In this document: piece by piece, positions 52,244-63,718 of the stretch
Position numbering within the stretch: the stretch's first letter is position 1
Layout: each line of letters opens with the position of its first letter
Assembly (NCBI GenBank): GCA_973895155.1
Contig: OZ316893.1
Location: forward strand, 1,736,860 to 1,800,859
Direction: 5' to 3'
Source: Marsupella aquatica
Taxonomy: Eukaryota; Plantae; Marchantiophyta
DNA length: 64,000 nt
Program-made: the position numbers and the translations under genes
Notes under the pieces: model-generated
The model's database searches: none
The model's input: the letters and a program-made list of their open reading frames with translations, nothing else
Told to the model about the DNA's origin: nothing

Positions 52244-53376
52244 GCTCTCTTTCCACAGTCCTTAAGCGACTTAGTGTCAATATTTCTACTCCTATTTCTA
52301 TTTTTTCTTTTTTGTCTTGAACATAAATGGGGAGAAAATACAATTAGACTCCCCCATCTCAATGTGACAGTTTTTTCTGTAGGGAACCCAGACCAGGGTG
52401 ATCCCCAACGGAACCCGCACCAGGAAAGAGAGAGTATTAAATCAGGGCCACAAATTGGACTACCAGGGGTCGAGCAAATAATCAGAACTCCAATCCACTA
52501 CCCACAAAACCCATCCCACCCACACACCAGGTGTGGAGGGGGATTGAACACCAGAGCCGAGCAGATAATTAGAACTTCAATCCACTATCCACAAAACCCA
52601 TCTCACCCACACATATATACCCACCTTGTGTGGAGAATCAGAACTCCAATCCACTACCCACAAAACCCATCCCACCAACACATATACCCTCCACACCCGA
52701 GTGTGTGGAGGGGGATTGAAAAGTGTAATCTCTCGCGTGTGGAGGGGGATTGAAAGTGGGATCTCTCAATTCCAGGCAAATCCCCTAACCAATTGACCTA
52801 AGCCAATTGGTTATTTCTATTTTTTCTTCCTATCCCTCCGAGATGACAGTATCTGCTGCAGCTGTCGTGACGAGCCCCTCCCCGCTCCGCCGGAGATACC
52901 GCCCGCCACTTCAGGACGTGCGCGGCCGTTCTCCTTCCTTTCTGGTAGAGTATGCCTTCTGCAATTCTCCAGTGTCGCATGGAAGTCTGATACACTCGTG
53001 TCTTCCCTTTTCTTTCAGCCAAACTGGGGAATTACTTTTCAGTCTTTGCTTAAATCCCGCCTTTTCTGTTCTTCAAAATTGCCCAGGAATTATTCCTCTT
53101 CTCAAAGTTGGTGAAGAAAACCCTTGCTCGGGACTTACATGGACTGCATATGGAACGTCGGGCGCGCAGGAATTCTCCCTCCTTGACTTTTATTTAAGTA
53201 GCATAGCAATTACTGATGCCTAGAAATCGACGGACCACTTCTTCCCATGTACTTCACCACCTCGAATCTTCTTAGAGCTCAGGTGCAAAGTGTTCTCCTC
53301 CATCTTCCGCCCCGTTGCATCTTCGCCGGAAACGGTCACCCGTACCCTCCCTCCTAGAAACTCGCCAAAAAATTCT
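52244..53376. repeat. Dispersed repeat, copy 2 (paralog of 36152-36763), interrupted by a retro-insertion
   Basis: 52244-52309 and about 52830-53376 align colinearly with copy 1. Confidence 0.9.
52310..52811 (-). mobile_element. 5'-truncated non-LTR retroelement insertion
   Basis: 17-bp direct repeat TATTTCTATTTTTTCTT on both sides and an oligo-T run at the left end. Absent from paralog copy 1. Three internal repeats of AGAACT.CAATCCACTA.CCACAAAACCCATC. Confidence 0.8.
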
Positions 53377-54202
53377 TTAATCTTGCCTAAAATGATTTGC
53401 ATCAGCCTAACACGGACCAACACCTAGGCAAGATTGGAAGTGATTGCAAGTTTTGTTTGGGTTGAATTTAGTTGGGCACTGAGGATTCGTCCACGAAAGC
53501 ACAAATTGTCAAATTTGCATTTCCTTCTGTCGAGTTATTACCTGCACATCTCCAATAGATTCATTGGTTCTCCAGTATTGTGGTGCCCGATCGGGCAGAT
53601 CTTCAGTAATTCATATTCCAATGTACCTGACCGGATTCTTGACAGCTGTGGTGGATGCTAAGTCGGACTATCACCGGTCCAAAATCTAAGCCCGTGTTGG
53701 GCGCCTAACATATGTTGCTGACCCATCATGAAGCTATCTCATATGCTGAGGACTTCTCTTCCTTTTGCCGTTAGTTCAGTCATGGAACAAGAGATGCAAG
53801 TCAAACCGGACAATTGCACAACAAAACTTAAGCAACCAAGGTACAATCATGAACTCTACTGTCAGACCGTAACTTCACAGTACTGATTGTGGTGTGTACC
53901 TCATGACTTACTGTTTTAAGTTATCAGAGAGCCAAATATCCAAAACAACGTACACAATGGAAAGAGTCCGTGAAAATGGTGAAATTACATCATTACAGTT
54001 ATACAGGAGGGTGAGCTGAGATTGTTGGACCTCCTCTACTAAACTTTATATGTTGCGCAGATTCAGTTTCCTGCCACTACAGATGCACTGGACAACAAAA
54101 TTGTGCTATTCATTTAACACAAGGCCCTCTTTGTACAGGACTTTGATCGCCAATGAGGTGTCGGCGAATCACTAAATTAAATCTAACTACATTACATCCT
54201 CC

Positions 54203-57200
54203 TCAGAGTTGTACCACCCAACCCATTTTATCCTCTGCTTTTCCCATTTGAATCTCTGTCAATGCTGTGTAGAGTTGTAGCGCGATTTCACCCAGACCGC
54301 CATTCTTATACTTCACTCTGCTCACACACAACACAATTATCAGTCAATCTCTTTTGCCAAAACTACTTCTGGGCTCTGCTCTCGAGGCTTAAGAGACATC
54401 AAACACTAGAACAATTCACCATGAAACCTAGTGAGAGAAACGTTCGTCAGACTGGTCAACATGATCAGCCACAATACGTTCCATCAAACTATATGATCGA
54501 TCACGCTTAATAACAAATGGACGAAGGACAACAGCTCAAAAACAGGACAGAATCAGTCTTGGCAACTATAAGTTGCCCTCTTAATGAAAGAGAACAGGGG
54601 AAGGCACACGCACCGTCTCTCATTGCAAGTTACGCTACCAACAGGATTTACCACCACCGCCGTACCAGTACAAAATACCTCATCGGCATCCAATAGTTCT
54701 TCCACAGGCACAGGTCGCTCCTCAACCTGAACACGAAAGAAGAGGGCACATTGATCAACTTTTGCTTGCCTAGTCGAAAAAACCATCAGGAAGGTCGACC
54801 ATATTGACGTCACTTGATGTGGTTAGTCCAAATGACCAGAGAATTCACGACTCAGTCTGTCGGAGAACGACAAAGCGAGGACAGGAGAGGTTCTCAGGAG
54901 ATTTAATGCCTGTTACATAACGTACCTCATATCCGAAACTTCGGGCGAGTTCAATAATGCTCTTCCTAGTAATTCCTGGTAATATGGTACCTCGTAAGTC
55001 TGGAGTTGAAATCTTGTTATCCTGCACAGTATCCATCATCGCGAGAAATCAGGACCTCAAAGGAACAACCGGACCTCATTACTGTTCCTCATTACGACGC
55101 TCCAAGAATGTAAGAAATTTGTGCATCGTACTGAAATATACGAGTCTAGTTTCGACTCTTGCATATGATTCCAATATTTGTTCCAAAATGTTCAGACTGA
55201 GACCAGATTTCTAGATTACAAAAATTCCAGCTCATGATGAGTCTCCAGTCAAAGAGGAAACCACTTAATAGAATCGCGTGAGACCAGATTTCTAGATTAC
55301 AAAAATTCCAGCTCATGATGAGTCTCCAGTCAAAGAGGAAACCAGTTAATAGAATCGCGTATGTCGCTTATCATGATTGCTCGAGAAGAAGAAAATGGGC
55401 ATGGAGGCAACGTGGATTATATGACCGCGTATACACTCTATGACGCAGAAAAGTTCATACAGTTGATATGATTTTACCTTAACAATAAAGATATTGCAAG
55501 AAGACACTTCCTCAATGTACTTGTTCTCTACAGCGTCAAGGTAAAGGACATCTGAGTAGCCCTTGCCTTTGGCGGTCAATTGCGTCTTAAGTACCTGTTA
55601 CAAAATCCATACAGATCGTCAATTTAGGAACAATTCGCCTCCTAACCAGGGAATCTACAGGTTTTTCATGCCATAACCTCCTTGCATCAAACCCACTCCT
55701 AAATTTAACAAGTAATTGCAATGTAGACAAGTTTCTTACCGGAGCATAATTTCCAATAGTCTTCACTCCTCCAGTTCCTCCAGGTGCGGCACGATGATAA
55801 TACGTATCTACTTTTAGATCGATCGGAGCCAACCCAGACTGTTCAAAGTATGCCAAAAGTGAGAGACCGCAGCAGCTTTAACGCGACAGACTGGGTGAAA
55901 CCTTTCCAAACAAACTGTCCGATATACGAATCCCCAAAATCTAAAGCAAAAATCTTCTAAAGCGAGCTCCTGCTAAGCATTAATTGTCAATCAACCAACG
56001 GGTAAAGCGATCATAACTAGGGTCCAACTTAATTCAAGACTAGACCACACATTTTCACCTTAAAGTAGTTTCCCACGGGTGACACGTAGATAACGAAAGA
56101 GTACTCAGAAGCTGGAGCTAAGCCCAGCACAGCTCCAGAACCGATAAGCAAAGGTCGAATATATAAAGAACCCTTGCCTGGTGGAGGAATCTGCAGTACA
56201 TATTGATTTTCACACCATCAGCCGGTGCCAATCACAATCCATAAGTCATGGAGAGAATATTGCAGTGATAAAAGCACAATAGCCAAGGGACTCACTTCTC
56301 AAGGGACTAAAAATCTGAAATGGAATCTCTCCCTGTCGTGTTCGATAAAGAACAAAAGAATGAGTTTGTTACCCAGCGCTTATTTGCAAGTACCGTCTGC
56401 TTCACAGCTTCCACAAACGTTTCAACCGGAGGAGCGGGCATGCTCAGGCGATCAGCCCCACTCATCATACGTAAGGCATTCTCCTCCGGACGAAACAAAA
56501 GAACACGGCCATCAGCAGTCCTATACGCTTTCAGCCCTTCAAACAACCCCTGTAAATAGGGGCACAGATATTCAAGAAAAGGTGAGAACCGACTGATCAA
56601 TATGGGTCAGGTCGCTGCTAACTACTCAGTATCACAAAACATAGCCACTCAAATGTCCCTGGAGCAAGGAAAGACAGAATTGTTGCCATCGAATTTACTT
56701 ATGCGACGAAGACCCGTTGCATATCATCGACATCCGTCAGCCTCACCTGACCATAATTCAGAACTGCTGCAGCTGGACTAAGCTCCAGATTTCCAAACGG
56801 GCGCAATTCACCCTTTTCCCATTGCCCACCACGTTCACACTTCATTACAAACATGGAATCCGTTGGGCGAAGTCCAAATCCAAAATTGTCCCAGTCAACA
56901 CCGGAAAGAGTCTCGGTTTCAACTTCACTGTCAGCACAAAGCAGCAGCCACTTCTTGAGAATCACACTCCATTTCAGTTTGCTTCGAGGCACGCATTGAC
57001 ACCCAAGAGCTTCAAGACTCAGGTACATGTGACCTGGAAACACTCGAAACTGTGTACATTGAAAAGCGTACAAGGCAATGTGAGCTCTATACCAAACCGT
57101 GCAATTAAGCTATACGAATTTTGACTTAGCATGACGGGATGCCACGTCTGTACGTAGAGCAAACCATATCGATGGAAACCAGCTACCCGAAAACCCGACA

Positions 57201-58391
57201 AGCCAGGAAGCTACTGCCGTCTGCTTTAAAATAATTCACCTCCCACAAAATTACCACTTCGCTCATACATACGTGGTTGAAGCGACTGCTGCAGCCTCTG
57301 ACCGAATACCACGTGCTTTAGAGGTCTGATATTTCGAACCCAACACACAGAACTTGCTGCTTGTATCAGGATCAACCTGAAAATCGAACAATACAAGTGT
57401 CATACGTCTAAAATTGGAATGAAATTTCCATACCGTCGCAAAGCCTGGTAGAATCCCTTCATTTAACTCTCAAGTCATAGTACAATGAGGAGGATGGTTT
57501 ACATTGAAAAAAGTCCCGACGAGTTGGTTTACTACATTCAAAAAAGCCACGACAAGGGAACTGTCAACTGCAATACTTCTGTTTCCATAGTCTTCGGTTT
57601 TTGTCGCATCTATAACAACTTCTCTCATATAGTGGACGGCTCAAAATGACTCCCTCGCACAAATTCTTTACGAGGAAAAGCAATTAGTTAGCCTCGAGGA
57701 AATCATAGAATTTTGGGTACCAAAGCCGTGTACTCCAGCAGCGAGGAAACCTAACTCAGGACTCAGTCAGGAGCAAATCGAGGGCATTTCGACTGCCCAT
57801 CAGTCTTAGCGAGAGACCTAGCCCTGGGGCCTTCACAATGACATGCACACCATTCCGAATGGACTCAAAAATGCAGAAAATTTCTCAAACCCTAGCTAAA
57901 GTAGCTTTGGTGCGAGAACAGGCTGACTGCAACTACCAATGCCAGCTCTTAGCTTGCTCAATTCTTCAGAGAAGAAGCCTGGGAGAGCTTAAATAGACTG
58001 CATTCCTTTAGGGCATTCATTTCGTTTTCTCTAATGATTATAGACTTCCGATAAGGATCACAGAATCAGAACAGCCGCAGTAGCTTGCAGAGACATGAGA
58101 GTGACGGTGAAGGAAAGGGCAAAGGCAATCTAACACCGCGACCGATGCTCACTCGGGCAAAGCAAACAATTAGAAAAACATGCGTACCACATAAGCAGAA
58201 GGCCAACGCGGTGACGCCACAGGCGACGCATTGGTCTCCCTGCGAAGCCCTCGGAAGTGGCCGCCCTGCCGAAGGGTGGGCGACAGAGCAGACCCCCTCT
58301 CGCGAGCGCTCAGTGCACCACAAGAAGGACCATCCCTCACACGAGTGTCCCGCAAATCCGCAAACGCAAGCTGCCTGCACGTTAGAGCCAT
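54203..58391 (-). CDS. BCAT: Branched-chain amino acid aminotransferase (PLP fold IV) with a probable organellar transit peptide, 10 exons
   Basis: Exons: [26 protein letters not shown]|[38 protein letters not shown] (PLP lysine), [53 protein letters not shown] junctions are in frame. The Arg/Ser/Ala-rich exon 1 starts at ATG 58391. Confidence 0.95.
55199..55360. repeat. 81-bp near-perfect tandem duplication in a BCAT intron
   Basis: GACCAGATTTCTAGATTACAAAAATTCC at 55201 and 55282. Confidence 0.95.
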
Positions 58392-58904
58392 GATCTTGCT
58401 ATTCTGCTCTTCCCGAAGAACGGTGGAGAAGAATCAACCGCTCAACAGCGTCGGACAGCAATGCTGCTGCTCCTCTTCCTCCTCCTCTCAAATTCCACAC
58501 TCACTTCGAATTCTGTCGTAAGAAAAGTGTGAGACCCGACCCACCTTCGATTGGCGATGCTGCCGCCGCAAGGCAATTTTTCAATTGCTCGACTTCGACT
58601 TCGAGTGGCAGAAGAAAGAAGCAGTGGGATTGTAGCGGAGTGAGATTCCCCTCCCAGGGGAATGAAGGAAGTGGAAGAAATCAGGGAGATCAAAGCGATG
58701 CGAAGAATGTCGTCCGCATCAATCAATTCGCGGTTCTGATCTCCCTAGGCCCGACTCGGTCTGCTCGGGTTTGGAGAGGGGGTGGGGGAGTCTTTCGGAG
58801 TTCGGCGCACGATGGCACAATAATACAACCTCCTTGTCGTTTCCATCGAGGTTTTCTCGTAAGCTGTACGCAAAGGGCAAACGGCCTATCCTGCAGCACC
58901 TGCG

Positions 58905-60255
58905 GAGAGTGGGCCCCGCCCTGCCCTGCCCTGCCAAAAGCCCACTTGTACCTAACCCATCGAAGTGGGCCCTTAGGTCCAAAGGCCAAATCCAAGTGGA
59001 CAATTCTTTGGACAGCCAAGGGTGTTGGTTTTAGGGCAGTCCCTACCTAACCCATGGAAGTGGGTCCTTGGGTCCAAAGTCCAAACCAAGGTACACTACT
59101 CTTTGGAGGGCCAAGGGTGTTGGTTTTAGGGCTGGCTGGACTTAACCCATTGAAGTCCAAACCAAAATACACTAATTCTTTGGAGAGCCAAGGGTGCTGA
59201 TTTTAGGCAGTCTTGCATGTGTGATGTCCTCAAAAAATACTCCCTTTGCACTTCCTAAATTGCCAACAGCGGGCCCCGCCCTGCCAAAAGCCCACTAGTC
59301 GGTCCCGTACCTAACCCAGGGAAGTGGGCCCTTGGGTCCAAAGTCCAAACCAAGGTACACTATTCTTTGGAGGGCCAAGGGTGTTGGTTTTAGGGCTGGC
59401 TGGACTTGACCCATTGAAGTCCAAACCAAGATACACTAATTCTTTGGAGGGCCAAGGGTGCTGATTTTAGGCAATCTTGCATGTGTGATGTCCTCAAAAA
59501 ATATTCCCTTTGCACTTCCTAAATTGCCAACAGCGGGCCCCGCCCTGCCAAAAGCCCACTAGCGGTCCCATACCTAACCCAGGGAAGTGGGCCCTTGGGT
59601 CCAAAGTCCAAACCAAGGTACACTATTCTTTGGAGGGCCAAGGGTGTTGGTTTTAGGGCTGGTTGGACTTGGCCCATTGAAGTCCAAACCAAGATACACT
59701 AATTCTTTGGAGGGCCAAGGGTGCTGATTTTAGGCAGTCTTGCATGTGTGATATCCTCAAAAAATACTCCCTTTGCACTTCCTAAATTGCCAACAGTGGG
59801 CCCCGCCCTGCCAAAAGCCCACTAGCGGTCCCATACCTAACCCAGGGAGTAGGCCCTTGGGTCCAAAGTCCAAACCAAGGTACACTATTCTTTGGAGGGC
59901 CAAGGGTGTTGGTTTTAGGGCTGGCTGGACTTGGCCCATTGAAGTCCAAACCAAGATACACTAATTCTTTGGAGGGCCAAGGGTGCTGATTTTAGGCAGT
60001 CTTGCATGTGTGATGTCCTCAAAAAATACTCCCTTTGCACTTCCTAAATTGCCAACAGTGGGCCCCACCCTGTCAAAAGCCCACTAGTCGGTCCCGTACC
60101 TAACCCAGGGAAGTGGGCCCTTGGGTCCAAAGTCCAAACCAAGGTAACTAATTTTTGGAGGGCCAAGGGTGTTGATTTAGGCAGTCTTGCATGTGTGAGG
60201 TACTCCAAAATTAATCCCTTTGCACTTCCTAAATTGTCAATAGTGGGCCCCGCAG
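58905..60255. repeat. Satellite-like tandem array with a ~263-bp unit and internal subrepeats
   Basis: GGGCCCC.CCCTG at 58911, 59271, 59535, 59798 and 60060, with a truncated last unit near 60245. Each full unit holds two AAGTCCAAACCAAG.TACACTA..TCTTTGGAGGGCCAAGGGTG subunits. Confidence 0.95.
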
Positions 60256-62210
60256 CCCTCGAACTGCAACATGTCATGCTGAGAATTGAAGTTGTTGCCA
60301 TGCCTTAAACCACAACTCCCACTATTTAAGGGCGCCCCTGTCGTGCAGTCCAGGTCCTATCATTGTCCCTTCACGCCTGCCCGGGCCCACCACCTCTGCT
60401 GCCCGCCTCCCCGACACCCACCGTCCTGACCTGCCGGTAGTCCGGTACACTGTGTCCCTTCTTTCTTTTGCCAACCTCCGGAGTCCCTTCTGTACAATAG
60501 CCTTTCTTTGTCACAAAATGATGACATCGCACAAATGTGCAGGAAATGTCGTGCCTGTGGGTGAGGTTCTTTCCTTCTTGTCATTCTCATACTCTTGCTG
60601 TTCGGCGGGGTTCAATTCCCCTTGAGAGCTACAATCTGCATTCAGATGTTTTCTTTGTCTTGTCCCTCCTGTCCTATCATCAAATGTATATTCGACATTC
60701 AATTGTTTTCTTTGCCTTGTCCTTCTGTCCTGTCACCAAATTTCAATTTGACGTGAAAGTTGTCCTGATTTTGGAAATATTGCTTGTACATTACTCCCTA
60801 CTGTCCTTAGATTGGGGCTATCGCCTACATTGGAAGTATCTCCGGTACTCTTTACCGTCCTAATTTTTCTGTTCATTCCGTAATTCTCTGTACAGTGTTT
60901 TATGGTTGCTTATATAAAGGAACATTGGCTCTCTTGTCTCCACAATTTTTTGAGCTTCTTCTAGGATTTTGCTATGTGTAAGAGTTGACTGCTAGACTGG
61001 GTCTCTTTATATCATTTCAATCAAGGTGTGGGGTCGACATCTTTGCTACTTGCTTGGAGGCACATTGTGTTGTGGGTCCTAAACTAATCTTCACTACGCT
61101 ACTATCCAAAAGCGTATTGAAAGTTGTGTCACAAGGTCAGTCACTCATGCTTTTCAGCTTTTGATTCTCATGTGATTCAAGTTCACCGGAAGGTGACCAG
61201 TAATAGAAAGGTGGGTTCTTCCGTTTTCAATGTGAGGTCGCGTTCACATGACTGACTTTGGCCTAGGGTGGGAATTATTTCTGCATGTAATTGCTAGAAT
61301 GTGGAATTTGATGTTTTCGCTAGTTGTTTGGGACCAGGTTGGGTTGTGGGTCCCAAACTGATCTTCACTGTTGTTCCAAAAGCATCTTAAAAGCAAGTGC
61401 ATGTAGAGATGAGCCTCAATCTTGTACTTTGTCTCATGTGATGATGAGTTCATTGGACTTGTTTTTTCCTTTTCAGTGTATGTTGCGCTCACATGTGACC
61501 CTAGAGAAAGTGAGAATCTGCATTCTCTCTTTTTCTTGCCTCATGTGATTTGAGTGCGCGCTATGGAGAGCAAGAAGAGGAAGGTGAGAAGTGCTTTGGA
61601 GAATGGTCTTTTCTTTCATTGCCGATGTGATGTTGCACTCACATTTGACTTGGGAGAGGGCGGGAATTTCTTCTGCGTTGCCATTTACCACTTGGCAATA
61701 CAGTTGATCTACTCCATACACAGATTGAGGATCTGGAAATTCACTAATTCTTACAGTGGACACAAGGCTTCCACGACAAACTTCTGCTTTTGTGCATCTT
61801 GAATGCAGTTTTCAACCCTGCTCCAGGATTTTCTGATCGTCTCTTGGGATGGGTTTTGAAGACAAGAGGATATTACAAGTTTTTGAATTTTGTTTGGACA
61901 ATTGTTTCTGTCTATCTTTGTAGTAATGCAACATCCATCCTGCAGAGCACTGTGTACAACTCCATGTGATATTTTAGTTTAGGGTGTCCCTACTACACAA
62001 TAGACGAGAGCTACCAAAGCAACCATTTGGAACTCCCACTGGCCGCCTCACTCTCCTCAACCTGCTGAGTGGGGGTTAGCCCTGCATCCAGTGTATTTTC
62101 TTCCGATGATTCTAACCCAATATTTACCTTTGAAAGGTTTACATGTGCGTTGCACCCCTTTTTTAGAAGTCTACCTCACCTCGTCCACATTAGTGTTCCT
62201 CTGCAGCAAC

Positions 62211-62603
62211 ATGAATTGCAAGCGAGGTGTCCATGTCAAAATGGTTGAACTCAATGATGGGCGATACAATCTGAGCTGGCAAGAGCTCAATACACCAGAA
62301 CATGCCCCTTTCATGAACTGCACCACTTTCTTAGTGGAAATCCAAGGAGACTTCCCTGCGGGCTTCCCTGAGTGGTTGACTGTAGTTAAATATTACCATG
62401 TTACCCTCAACCATACAGTTCCCTTGTCGGACCTTTGGATCTGTGCCGCATATATTTATTGCAAGACTTTCAGGCGACAGAAGAGATTCCAAGTGTCTAT
62501 ACACTTGGCTGGTGTTTGTGGATCAACAAATAGAGCCACCTTACCCCGACCTATCAAGGATGTCATACTTGCAACTTGGCCGGGTGAGGGTGAAGAGGAA
62601 TAA
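62211..62603 (+). CDS. Cassette A: 130-aa ORF with a P2X7-C/KolX-like C-terminal motif
   Basis: Open frame ending QKRFQVSIHLAGVCGSTNRATLPRPIKDVILATWPGEGEEE. Preceded by TTCCTCTGCAG. Paralogous to cassettes B and C. Confidence 0.5.
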   Translation: MNCKRGVHVKMVELNDGRYNLSWQELNTPEHAPFMNCTTFLVEIQGDFPAGFPEWLTVVKYYHVTLNHTVPLSDLWICAAYIYCKTFRRQKRFQVSIHLAGVCGSTNRATLPRPIKDVILATWPGEGEEE

Positions 62604-62810
62604 TAGTACAAAGTTGACACTAGACCTTATGTAAGCCATTTGCACCTGTTCGACACTACATAAGAATGAAGGGTGCATTATTTTTATATTATGATGCTAG
62701 TACTATCATGAGGATCCTTGTTGCTTGCACTATGATCTAATATGTCCCATTTTATGGTTTTGTCATCAAATTGAACCATTTCATATCTCATGTAAGTTTT
62801 CTCCGCATAT

Positions 62811-63206
62811 ATGGAAGGTAGAGATAGGGAAGTCATCACTTTACACGAGGGCAAGAATTACACCTATATTGTGTCTTGGATCGAATACCCAATGGACATC
62901 AGTCGGCAACATCATTTTTCTATGGCTGCCATTGAATTGGATTTTGCTGAGTTTTGCAATGTTGTGCAGGATTGCCATGACCTCCTTAACCCCATTATAT
63001 GTGTTGAGGAATACATGCACATGAGTGCTTACAGTTGGTGTGCAAGAGAACCTCACCAGAAAAGGTCATTGGTTCATAGTTATGTGGCTCAAGCTTGTAA
63101 ATAGGATGCAAGAGGAAGTCTCCCATGCATGTTGGAAGAGGCTATATGGAACACTTGGCAATCAGAGGAAGAGACATTTTATGGGCTCACCCCTAGATGC
63201 TTATAG
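62811..63206 (+). pseudogene. Cassette B: paralog with one internal stop
   Basis: ...QKRSLVHSYVAQACK*DARGSLPCMLEEAIWNTWQSEEETFYGL. Similarity continues past the TAG at 63102-63104. Confidence 0.55.
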
Positions 63207-63299
63207 GTAGACCTCTTCCCAATGCACAACCTAATAGAGATGCACCTGCATTTTCAGTGATACTCATTTGTGGTCCTTGCATGTCTTTTGTTTTATAGA

Positions 63300-63688
63300 A
63301 TGGCCAACACTCCTTTGAGGAGCACTGCTACGTTGACGAGTACCGACCGTGACCTTGAGACATACCGCTTGACCTGGAGGGATGATTCTGGTTACAAGTC
63401 TGAGATCACGAGCTTGCTAGAGGTTGAGTTTGATTAACCTCTACTATTCAAGGCAATTGCAGAGTGTCACCACTTGTTGAACCCAGTTGTACCAATTGAG
63501 GATTTGCAGATGTGTAGTGCTTACAATTCACCAAAACAGTGAACAAAAAAAAAGATTTCAGGTACACTCATTTGGCTTGGGTGTGTGGGTTTGCTGAAAG
63601 AACCCAACTACCTACACCTGTGGAGGAAGCCATCAAGGAGGCTTGGCACGATGAGGATGAAGAGTTTGTAGGGTTCCATGCAAACTAA
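63300..63688 (+). pseudogene. Cassette C: paralog with two stops and a frameshift
   Basis: MANT...TYRLTWRDD...CHHLLNPVVPIEDLQMCSAYN...KRFQV/THLAWVCGFAERTQLPTPVEEAIKEAWHDEDEEFVGFHAN*. Preceded by TTTTGTTTTATAG. Confidence 0.55.
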
Positions 63689-63718
63689 ATATGGGTCTAA
63701 GGTATCATAATGTGACCC

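Noticed and set aside
52058-52753. 231-aa ORF
   Set aside because: Chimeric read-through across a duplicated segment and the antisense strand of a retro-insertion.
61563-61880. Fourth member of the paralog triplet
   Set aside because: Coding-like but lacks the Y.LSW, H..LN and QKRF..LP..W motifs in the frames read.
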